In this document: in pieces, positions 50,724 to 64,000 of the stretch
Position numbering within the stretch: the first letter of the stretch is position 1
How the letters are laid out: each line of letters opens with the position of its first letter
Notes under the pieces: model-generated
Told to the model about the DNA's origin: nothing
The model's database searches: none
Seen by the model: only the letters and a program-made list of their open reading frames with translations
Translations under genes and position numbers: made by a program
Assembly (NCBI GenBank): GCA_001179505.1
Contig: CDMY01000255.1
Span: 550,570 to 614,569 of the forward strand
DNA: 64,000 nt
Origin: Vitrella brassicaformis CCMP3155
Taxonomy: Eukaryota > Protista > Chromerida
Direction: 5' to 3'

Positions 50724-51491
50724 CCTCTGGGTGTCTTGCCTATGTCTGGCTGTCATTCTCATATACCTGCAACCGTTGTCGACAGCGATTTTCTGACCAT
50801 CAATGGGTGTCGAGTGAGTGGGTGGGTGGGATGGAGAGACAGGCCGTGTACATGCTTCTATGCATGTGCATGCTGCTAGTTTAGTGCGTGACCTGGACAG
50901 GATCCCCTCGGGGTTACAGACACGAGTCTCGTTAAACACAATAACCAACCAACAAGCACCCTAGCAGGCAACACGCAGCCTAGAGGCTGAGCCTTGCTGC
51001 AACGCCACAGCGGGCGATTAGTGCTGTTGTAAGTCCATCTGGGGACCATTATCCATTCATCAGAGACATAGGCTGAGATACGTGTTATGGTTTGCTGTCG
51101 AGGTGTGCTGTCGAGGAGTATCTTTCAATGCTGGGCGAATGTTTCTGTATCCGTGTGTGTACTGTCTGAGTTGTGGACACTACTGCGCGTCACAGACAGC
51201 CAGCACCCCAGAGACATGACAACGCTTTGCTGTGACGCAACACACACATGAATATATCTCCACGAACTGGCCAAAAGTCTTTCGCTGCTGGCGATGGAGA
51301 TTGACACGGATAGGCGGCTTCCCGACCAGCAGGCGGTTCGAGCGGCGCGCCCTTCATTAACCGCCATGTTGACCGAAGAATGAAGGCGCGGAAGGCACTC
51401 CAGCCGCCGGACACCGGGCAACATGGAGGAGGCTGAAGAGCGCGCCGGTCGAACCACCTCATTCATTTCATGCGGTCACCTGGCTGGCCGG

Positions 51492-54400
51492 CTAGATGGA
51501 CCTGTCTGCAGCAAAAAAGTGGTCCGAATGTGTCTGCCTGACGACCATCTCACTATACTGTCCACCACCGACCACACCCACCACCCCCCCACAACCACCC
51601 CCACCCCCACTGCCGTCTTTGGCGTCATCGTATGAGTGCGATCGAAGAGGCGTGCCCTCGTCCAGCAGCATGTCCAGGTCAGCCGGCGACAGACGAGAGC
51701 ACTGCACACACACCCACACCCACACCGACACCCACCCACACACACACACGTCCACAGATTGTGCGCAAATGTGACTTGCATACTTGTGCGATGAAGTCGT
51801 TGATAGGCTTGGAGTAGCTCTTGAGGTGGACGGAGTCATCGCCCTCGGCCTCGGAGGCCAGGAGGTCCAGCAGCAGCTTGGCCACCTTGAGCTTCTCGAG
51901 ACACGACTCACGGTAACCCAGAGATAAATCCACACCCGCACCACTCGCCTGGACGCACGGAGAGACAAAGACACGGAGAAGCGCCAATGGCATCCATTGT
52001 ATGGCCGCCCTGTCTGTCTGTCTGTCTGTGTTGGTTTGTACCTGTTTGAGGGCGTGTTCGTAGAGGATGCCGTACGGCGCCGCCACCATGGTATCGACGC
52101 CCTCGGCATAGTCCGCCCCGCCCACACCCACAACCACCGCTGTGCTGCCCTCCTCCCTCTCATCACCCTCACCCCTCTGGTACTCCAACCGAGGCGAGCG
52201 GCTCTGACCACCACCACCACCACTGGCACCAGTAGACACCGTCCAAGTGCGATGAGACGTCGGCGGCGTGCCCCAGGCCATGCCTTCATTCTCGTGAGAA
52301 TGCGACCTCACACTCCCCACAGGTGTGTCGGGGCCGCTCATGCTGTCGCCGCCACCGGTGGCCGCCTTGACAGGGGGTAGGGGCTGAGGGGTGCTCGGCC
52401 GCATGACGGACGAGCCAGAAGAGGGCGGCCTGGGTGGAGGCGGGGGCGGGTTGCTCTGCTGGGAGGGGGCAGGGGAGGGGGGCGACGGGATGCGTGGGGG
52501 GAGGTTCTGTGTCGCGATGTCGCGCTGCAGCTGGCTGGCGCACGTGGTCGCGAGGTCCAGAAGAGTCGTGAACGAGTGGCGCAGCTCCGACTGTGCCGAC
52601 GCCTCACTGGTCACCCTCATGGCCTTCTCGATCAGCTGCAGCCCATACAGCACCAGACCCAACGCCTCACCCGCCCTGCCCCGGCCGCCAGCAGCCCGCT
52701 GCCTCGCCAGGTGGCCGAGAGTCCCCGCGACGACCAACAGATTCTGCACATAGGCGGGCACACTGCCGCCCCACGCGCCGCTGCGTTCGCCGTCCCAGGC
52801 GTAGGACGACACTGCGGTGGGTGAGGAGGTCATGGTGGCCGACAGGCCTCCGTCGAAGAGGCTCCTCCCCAGCAACGAGTCGATGTGGTCGCCGCCCATC
52901 AGCGGCTGCACAGGGCTCACCTCCGTCACCAGTATGTAGTCAGAATCGTCATATCGGTCGCCGACAGCGCCCCCAGACCCGTCGGGCGAGGTGCTGTCGA
53001 CGCCTTCGCCTGGCGAGGACGCAATGATGTCGATGTCAGACTGGGCGGTGAATGTGCGCGAGGGGTCACTGCCGGTGTCGGCTGGCGTGTCGGTCGTCGG
53101 CGGGCGTGAGAGGACTGTATTGGGTGATGCGGGGGGCGATGAGGGCCGCGCCTGTGGCTGCGCCACGACGCCCCGGCCGTCGGATGAGGGAGGAGAGGGG
53201 GGCTGGCTGGGGTCGGCCGACCGGGTTGGCGAACCGCCGACCTGACACACACACATACCATGCACACAAACAACGGCAAAGTCCAGATGAGGAGAGAGCC
53301 TCTCCTTTTACAGTGTCCTCTCCTCTCACCCTGAGCTCCGTCTGTGCGGAGCTGGAAGCATCATCAGCGCAGAAGAAGGCCGGCGGGGAGGACCGCTCCC
53401 CCGCAGGCTGACCGCCGTTGCCATAATTTCCCCCAGCCAGGTAGCCGCCGTTGGTCCTCACAGCCGCGGGTGGCGATGCCGGCGACCCACTCGGCGACAA
53501 AGTGAACTCGTCGATCGCACCGAACCCGGGACTCCTCCTCAGGTCATCCAAAGCCTGACCCATGGCCGCATCGCCATGAGCCGCGCGGTCGGACTGCGGG
53601 GAGGCCGACGAGGAGCCCGATGGCACAGTAGGGCCTGAGGACCGGTCTTTCTCAAAGGCTGATGTGGATGAGAGCTCACGGGAGACGGGGAAGAGGGGCG
53701 AGGTGGCGGCCTGCGGGGTGGCGTGAGGGGGGATGTCGGGCGAGAGGGAGAGCGCCGACACCCACGAGTCGGACGGCTTCTGCTCCTTGGCCGGGGGCGC
53801 CATGTGCTCGTCGCGATGCTGCCACAGGGGGGGCGACTCCTCTCGCAGGGGAGGGGTAGCTTGTGCCTGCTCCTCCTCCTCAGCAGCAGCAGCAGCAGCA
53901 GATGGCCTCTCCTCGTTGTTAATGCGGGTGGCCGCATCATGACGGCTCATCGGCGGCGACGGCGAGCTCGACGGGCTCGGCGAGGCTGACGGTGACCGAT
54001 CCAAAGCCAAGCCAGCATCGCTCACGGGCGGCAGCGGGTCGCTCGGCACTCTGCCCTCCACCACAACCACAGCCACAGACGTGGGTGAGGCCGCGTTGCT
54101 ACTGTAGTCCCGCTTCATCTTGGGCAGCATCTCGATCTCATCCTCGTCGAGAGCGGCGGGGTCCTTGACGCTGAACAGACAAGGCCCGCCCGACTCGCGC
54201 AGCCGCTTGCGACACTCATCGTCCAGCGCAATTTGCCGCAGGACGTCAGCACCCGTCACTGCAGCGTTGCTCGGTGCCGGCTGGTCTGGCAGAGAGGACA
54301 AATCCGCTGCTGCAGCTGCAGCTGCTGCTGCTGGTGGCGGTGCGGCAAGTGGGGGTGAGGGTGGCTGCTGCGGAGTGGGGATTGGGGAGGGTGTGAGGGG

Positions 54401-55660
54401 CAGGGGCGAGAGGGAGGGTGTGTGTCCGACGAAGGGGTGGCTGAGGAACTCGGCTGACCCGATGCGCTGACGGGGATCGACAGTCAGCAGCCGCATCAGC
54501 AGGTTGCGGCACCTGCACTCACTCATGACGAACGAAGCACGATACACACACGTCAAGGAAATGCATTAATGGCGCAGTGGGGATGGATGTGTAGCTAGGT
54601 TGTTTACTCTGGGCTGATGGCCGTCTGTTGTGGAAATGAGGGCCCCCTGGCCTGCTCGATGTTCTTGAGCAGCTCCAGGGGGTTGCTGCCGGTGAAGGGC
54701 GGCACGCCGTACAGCAGCTCGAACAGAATGGTCCCCACTGACCTGCACAAACAAAAGAGATCAGCCAGCCAATACACAATGCAGCCCCAGGCCAGGAACC
54801 ACCCCCAAGAGATACATCATATCGGCTTGTCTTCTCTTCAGCCCACTCACTCACCATAGGTCGGCCTTGACGTCGTAAGGCTCATACCGCAGCACCTCGG
54901 GAGCCATGTAGAGCGGCGAGCCGCACACAGTGGACGCCAGGTCCTGTGGCTGCAGCGCTCTCGCGAAGCCGAAGTCGGCAATCTTGAGGGTGGCGTAGTA
55001 GGACGCCTCCGTCAGCAGGATATTCTGCGGCTTCAGGTCGCGGTGGATGAAGTTCTGGCGGTGGAGAACCTCCAGCCCACACGCTGAATGAGTGGACAGA
55101 CAGGCAGACAAACATGGGATGTGTGTGCGTGTGGTGGGTAGGGTAGGTGTTGGTCACTTGGTCCGTCCGTCCCTCACTTACTCATTCACTCACCTAGTTG
55201 CTGGAGGAAGTTCCTTGCGACCTTTTCGGGCACCTTGCCGTGGTTCTTGATGAACTTGTAGAGGTCACCGCCACCGCAGTACTCCAAAATCAGATAAAAG
55301 TGACCCGCACTCTTCTGCACACACAACACACGCACCTCACACATAGATGCCATCCACCCACCCAACCTCTGTGTGTGTGTGTGGGTGTGTGCTTGACTGA
55401 CCCACCTTGAGATCTCTGAACTTGACGATGTTTTTGTGGTCGAGGTGTTTGAGCACCGCCACCTCCTGGTTGAGCTGTGCCGTCTCGTTCATCATTTGCC
55501 TGGAGATGACCTTGACGGCGACGGTCTCGCCGGTGTTCTGTTTGTGTCCCTTCCAGACGGCGGCGAAGGAGCCCTTGCCGATCCGAATGTCGAGGATGTA
55601 GTCGCCGACCTTCTTCTTGCTCACGCCCTTGGACGCCATCCTGTCTGATGATGACGCCAT
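51492..55660 (-). CDS. ATG1: Serine/threonine kinase ATG1/ULK
   Basis: Kinase '[12 protein letters not shown]', 'VAVKVI', 'LEYCGGGDL', '[11 protein letters not shown]', '[10 protein letters not shown]', '[11 protein letters not shown]', typical of ULK/ATG1. A disordered linker is followed by helical C-terminal segments ('[18 protein letters not shown]', '[10 protein letters not shown]', '[15 protein letters not shown]') resembling the tandem-MIT/EAT domain. The 3' end is approximate. Confidence 0.88.
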
Positions 55661-55843
55661 CCTGCAGGAGGATTCCTCGCCTCGATGACGATAAAAGTGG
55701 ACAGCACGAACTGATTGGGGCGTTTGCGGACCACAGCCACAAGATGCTCTGCGCTGCGCAAGGGCTGCTTCTCCTTCTCCTTATTCGTGCGCTCAGCTCG
55801 CAGACGGTGGCGAGCTTTGAGATCTTCGCCCTTTCCCCCCGAA
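55661..55843. promoter_or_regulatory. Very short divergent intergenic region (ATG1 / bL27m), putative bidirectional promoter
   Basis: About 183 bp lies between the opposing ATGs. Positional inference only. Confidence 0.4.
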
Positions 55844-56972
55844 ATGAGGGCTTTGTGCCGCCTCGGTAGCAGCGGACTTGCGTCCAGCTGCGCCGAGGCA
55901 TCCTCAGCATGTCCCGGCCCCTCGACGACTTGGCAGCGCCACAGTCTCATCTTGACGGTATGTTGAGCTGAGAGATGCCGCACACACACAACACACGGCA
56001 GACAAAGGGAGTAACACACGCCCATCTGATCTGTCGTGCTGTGTTGCTGAAAAAACAATTCTCTGTCCTATTTGTGTTTTGCTTTGCTTTGCAGCGGACC
56101 AAGATGACCAAGACGCAGTCGTACCACCGGGATGCGTCGGCCAATCACAAGGACGTCGGGCAGCAGTACTACGCAAAGATCGGCGTCAAGACCCTCTCGG
56201 CCGAATTCGCATACCCCGGCAAAATGCTGGTGGGCGACGGAGGGGAGGGCAGAGAGCGTGTGTGTGTGTGCAGAGAGGCAGGGCGTGTGTGTGTGTGTGT
56301 GTTGTGTGTGCAGGCGTGGCACCGCAAGATCATCGCCTTCAACCCGACCCCGACGCGCCACCGGCACTTCAAGACCTACCCGGGCGAGAACGTCATCGTC
56401 ACCAAAAACACTTCGCTCGTCTCGGCCGCATACGTACGCACCGAATGCCAACAAACACACACACACAGAAATGCCATGGCCATGCCATCTGTGTGTGTGT
56501 TGGTCTGTCCCCTCCGTGTGTGTTGTGATCGTATCGGCCGGATCAGGGTCGCATCAAGTACACCCACGATGTGACGCGTGACGTGATGCTGATCAACGTG
56601 CTGCCCGAGCGGCGGGAGGAGCTCTTGCGTGAGGACCTCTGGCGGTACCGCACTGAGCACGTCCGCTCCATGGAGGAGAACAAACACCTCTGCGCCCTCC
56701 GCACCAAGTCATGGTTCCGCACACACCCCGATGCCAAGCCCCTCGTCAACCCCCCCACCAAACCGGAGCCGCGGCCCACCCGGCTTAGCCGTCATGACGC
56801 GTGGGAGAACCCTTCGATGCCCGACGTGCCCTACCTTTACGATGAGACCACCCCGCTGGCCGGCAGTGCGCGGACGAGGCGGAAGAAGATCAAGGAGATG
56901 AAGGCCAAGGGGCTGTGGGAGAGCGACCCTGTCACGGATTTCTTCACGAAGGTGCCTGTGAGGGACCCATGA
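55844..56972 (+). CDS. MRPL27: Mitochondrial ribosomal protein bL27m with presequence and C-terminal extension
   Basis: Spliced MRALCRLGSSGLASS...SLILT|RTKMTKTQ...AKIGVKTLSAEFAYPGKML|AWHRK...YPGENVIVTKNTSLVSAAY|GRIKYTHD...INVLPER. This matches the bL27 pattern LGVK-GxxV-G...PGxNV...TL-A...G-V-F. Confidence 0.78.
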
Positions 56973-57071
56973 CATGACTGTGTGTTGGTTGCATCGTGGC
57001 CAGCCAGGCCTGTGAGTGTGTCTGTTCGTTGGTTCGCACTCCATCTCGGCATGGACAATTTCAGCGAGACT

Positions 57072-57262
57072 GCATTGGGAAGCGGCGAATCGCCTGCCGG
57101 TGCAGTCGTGTTGAAGTTGTTCATGGCGAGATGGAGTGGGACGGGAAAGACCACTGAGAGAGAGGACAGAGAGAGTGGCCAGCGTTGCCTGTTCGCTTTC
57201 GCTCCGTCTCACCATGGCAGACCTCATTCTGATCGCATCGGGAAGCGGCGAGTCGCTGACGG
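57072..57262 (+). repeat. Imperfect ~28-bp direct repeat pair (57072-57100 and 57235-57262)
   Basis: gcattgggaagcggcgaatcgcctgccgg versus gcatcgggaagcggcgagtcgctgacgg. Confidence 0.75.
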
Positions 57263-58219
57263 ATCCGATCAGCTTGAGGTCTGCTATGGAGATATTGAGG
57301 GAGGAACCCGGGCAGAAAGAGACGCACGCCGTGTGAGTGACGTGGTGTTGAGACCATTTTGTCTGATCAGCGAACCAAGATGATACATACAGCTGATCCA
57401 AGGGTTAGTCGGTCGGTCGGTTCATTCGCTGATGCTGGTGGTGGTCGGCAGTCTCACTCCCACTCACACACACACACACACACACACAGACATGCACACA
57501 CAAAGCACACACGCCTACGCATGGCATGCAGTCAGTCATCGATGCGTCAACACATCTGTCTGTCCACACCACACACACACACACACAGACAGACAGACGC
57601 CCCCACAAGACAGACAAGACACATCCATAACAAACGCACCAGAGAGAGAGCCCTTCTTGCATTCCTCCTCTGTGTGTGGTGTTGCCCGGCCCGGTCAAAC
57701 AAAAAAGTGTCTGTCTGTGTCTGTGCGTGCGCTTCGCTTCAAAACACGCACACGAGTGGAGGGGAGAGACGAGGGGACGAGAGAGAGGGAGAAGGGCGGG
57801 GCGGAGCGGGGCGGGGGGCCCAGCCACCGCTAACTAACAAACAGCCAAACAGCCAAGTAGCCAAACAGCCAGGTAGACAGGCAGACAGGAAAAGTGCGTC
57901 AGGTTTGGCAGGGGCAAACGAGAATGCCGCGCACACAAAACCAGCCAGCCAGCCACCCACCCACACATGGAAAAACGTCACTCACCGGTCATCCCATGCA
58001 TTCCACTCATCCACTCATAGGCTAGGCACCCATTCCACCTAGATTAGATCCGTCCCTCCCTCCGTCCGTCCGTCCATCCATCCATCCATCCACACGCACG
58101 AACGAGCTCTGGCTCTATCTTTTGTCTGCTCGCCGGTCAAAACCGCTACCTCTGCGCCCGTCTCGCTACAGCCCGTGTGAATGCGTGTGTGTCTGGGGGT
58201 GTGGTGTGGTGTGGTGTGT

Positions 58220-61464
<3,245 letters not shown>

Positions 61465-61760
61465 GCCGGGCGGTGGTCAAATCGCTACTGAGAGAGAGGG
61501 AGGCCGGGAGGACGGCGGCCCGTGCACGTCAAGGCTCTACGATAACAAAAAAGGCACGGCAGAGGGCTCCAATAAGGCCTCCCTCACCGATCGCTGGCAA
61601 CTGCGAGCTGCTGCAGGTCTTTGGCGCCGGTGAAGGACGACCTTTCTCTGTTTCCTGATCCATCTGCTCAGCCTCCCTCCTCGAGGACTGCAAAGCAACC
61701 TTCGAAACGAGCCACGCCTCGCCCTGCCGCGGCCAGTAGAGCGAGGGGAGGCATAAGTAC

Positions 61761-63892
61761 ATGTGGTTGACGTCCGCCTTGCCATCCCTATCACCCATGC
61801 CAATGCTCCTCTCCTTCTTCCTCACCTCTTTCCCTCTCAGCAACGTCGATGCCTTCCGGCTCCCGCCATCTATCGCAAATAACGCTCCTTTCAACGCGCG
61901 GAGGTCACCATCAGCAGCAGCAGCAGCAGCGTCGGCACGGCCGCGGCCATTAGTACGGCGCATTGCTGCTGGCAGCAGCAGCCATGGACGACCACGGCCG
62001 CAGCGGCAGCACTCTGTTCTTGGCTACCGCAAGACCGACAGGGAGAGGGGGAGTGACGTCAATGTTTCTTCATCGACCACCACTTCTGCTATCAATGACG
62101 ACAGGGGGGCCACCGACATCTGGCCCATCATCGAGAGCTTCGGGGGCGTGTCCAAGCCGGCTGGCGGCACGGACAGGGCCGCCATCCCGCCAGCAAAAGC
62201 GTCATCAGCGTCATCAGAGTCACAATCTCAGCCATCATCACAACCACAGTCACAGCCCCCGTCGCCGATGAGGACCACCCCTCTCAAGAAACAAACCGAC
62301 GTCATGGAGCCGTCAGAAAGGGTTGGCTTGCCGCAGCCAGCCTTTGCAGACGAGCTCGAGCCACAGGAGAGAGAGCGGCGGAACCAGATACGAGGCAAGC
62401 TCACGGGCGCCTTTCTCGTGGGCGGCAGCGTGGCTGCAGTCGTGTCGGCTCTCGCGTCGCTGGACATGGCCACATCCGTGACGATGGAGGGTTTCTCCGC
62501 CCTGGCGTCCACTCTCGAGGCCACTGAGATGAGCGAGGTCGGGGGGCTACTGCGTGATGCGGGGGGAAGGGTGGTGACTCTCTGGGAGGTGGTCAGAGGG
62601 CCGCAGTTCGTCCAGGCGGTCACGAGCATGCTGGACAGGGTGCTGTCGACGATGGCTGGGGAGGGGACCAACGTGAGGCGGGTCTACGAGGAGGTGTCCA
62701 AGGCGTTGGACGCGATCGTCGCTTCGCCGTTTCGCAATTTCTTTGAGGCGGCGACGCTGCAGTACATCCGGAATATACGGCCTGTTGACGAAGATAGATA
62801 CTACCTGTGAGCTGAGCACCAGACAGACAGCGGATGATTGCTCTCTTTCTCTCTCTGTTGGTTGATCTATCTGTTAATGCCTTCAGGTCGTCCGTGGCGC
62901 CCTTCACGGAGCGCCCCACGGTGCTTGAGCAGCACGCCGACAACGTCTACACCCTCACCCAGCCTCTCGTCGTGGCCGGCAACCCCATCGATCACCGCGC
63001 CACCGTCGTCCGCATCAGCCCCCCAAGGGCGCAGGAGTTCCTGGTGGTCATCAATCCCCCCGCCCCCACAAAGGAGTGTCTCCGGCAGATCGCCTCCCTC
63101 CCAGGCGTTGTCAAGTACATCGTCGTGTCGAATACCGGGTTTGAGCACACCGCCTTTGCGGCTGACTTCGCCAAAGAGTTTGAGGCGGAGGTCTTGGCGC
63201 CCGGGGATCTGCACAGGAGCAAGGTGGAGGTGGATCGGTGGCTGTCTGACGAGGTGCCGCCCGAGTGGGGCAGCGCCATGGAGGTCGCTGTCCTCGATGG
63301 GGAGTACTTCAAAGAACTAGGTAGGTGTGTCCGCAGAACATGATAGATGCGATGCACTTGTTGATATGCATGCCTGTCTCCGCCCCCATGCTCCTGGGTG
63401 TGTGCAGTTTTCTTTCACAAGCCATCCCGGACCCTCATTGCCACGGACCTGTGCGCCGAGAAGGGCCCCTCCAAGGTCACGACCGAAGAGCTCCCCACCC
63501 CGCCCCCCAAGAGCCCCTCCCTCTTTCCTCCGCGGCCGCGGATCAACCCCTTCGGCGGCCTCTGCAGCATGTGGTTTGGCTTCACAGAGGAGAGTAGCAT
63601 GGGCATCCCGCTGATGGTCTCCCGAGTGCTGGCCAGCCCCCGGGGTGCCAACAAGCGGTTGCTGCAGCGGTTGGCGAGTTGGAGTTTCGACAAGGTGTTG
63701 ACGGGCCACCATGCGTCACCGATCAGCTATGGCAAGGTGAAGCTCCTCGAGAGGCTGCTGGTGCTGGGCGATAAGAAGGAGGAGAAAGACGCACAAGCGA
63801 AGGAGAAGGTCAATAAGGAGACAAAAGAGAAAGACAAAGCCAAGGACGACGAGAGGCTGAAAGAGCCGCTGTTGCTGGACCTCAACCCCTAG
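61761..63892 (+). CDS. Plastid-targeted-like DUF4336-family protein (metallo-beta-lactamase-like fold) with N-terminal extension
   Basis: Bipartite leader 'MPMLLSFFLTSFPLSNVDA-FRLPPS' followed by a Ser/Arg/Ala-rich transit region. C-terminal domain 'VYTLTQPL...RATVVR...LVVINP...VKYIVVSNTGFEH', 'AVFFHKPSRTLIATDL', 'WSFDKVLTGH'. Three exons. Confidence 0.75.
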
Positions 63893-64000
63893 CTGGCTGA
63901 GCTGAGAGATGCATCAAGACGCAAGCTTGTGTGGCTGGCTGGGGCGGGACGCTGGGTGGCTGTGGGTGTGGGTGTGGGTGCTCGGGTCGAGAGGGGGGGG

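Noticed and set aside
49015-50724. Inverted 9-13-bp match (gctagtcagtgag at 49015 / ctctctgactagc at ~50712-50724) as hAT terminal inverted repeats
   Set aside because: The match is short, the right copy overlaps the ORF stop codon with no subterminal region, and the flanking 8-mers do not form a target-site duplication. Probably chance.
51190-51470. Coding-like + strand stretch 'ELAKSLSLLAMEIDTDRRLPDQQ...'
   Set aside because: It is interrupted by a stop, has no recognisable motif, and lies in the probable ATG1 3' UTR. There is not enough evidence to call it.
61529-61963. 144-aa minus-strand ORF as an N-terminal plastid extension of GPI
   Set aside because: An in-frame TGA lies just upstream of the GPI ATG (61464), and the ORF is antisense to the leader of the DUF4336 gene.

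Overview
Intron-rich eukaryotic nuclear DNA, not prokaryotic. It is GC-rich, with short GT-AG introns full of (CA/TG)n, (GGAT)n and (CAGG)n tracts, and two leaders look like bipartite plastid-targeting signals. This pattern suggests a chromerid alveolate such as Vitrella brassicaformis (inference). Splicing by hand gives about 16 apparently intact genes: a single-domain voltage-gated channel (TLDDW filter), a coiled-coil protein, an MFS-like transporter with a ~700-aa central loop, a divergent pair of secreted proteins (one with an HNH/AHH-like HHxxP...N signature), a very large plant-NTP-type terminal nucleotidyltransferase with a PAM2-like motif, an SH3 protein, a sulfotransferase, a CCR4/Angel-family EEP hydrolase, a SEA-domain type I membrane protein, a TTLL glutamylase, a TGS1-like methyltransferase, ATG1/ULK, mitochondrial bL27, glucose-6-phosphate isomerase and a plastid-type DUF4336 protein. 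Also present: tRNA-Thr(UGU), a 300-N assembly gap, a METTL21-like pseudogene damaged by small deletions, and a decayed hAT-like transposase whose antisense strand is an open 250-codon ORF. Gene boundaries come from manual splicing and are approximate. No database searches were run.
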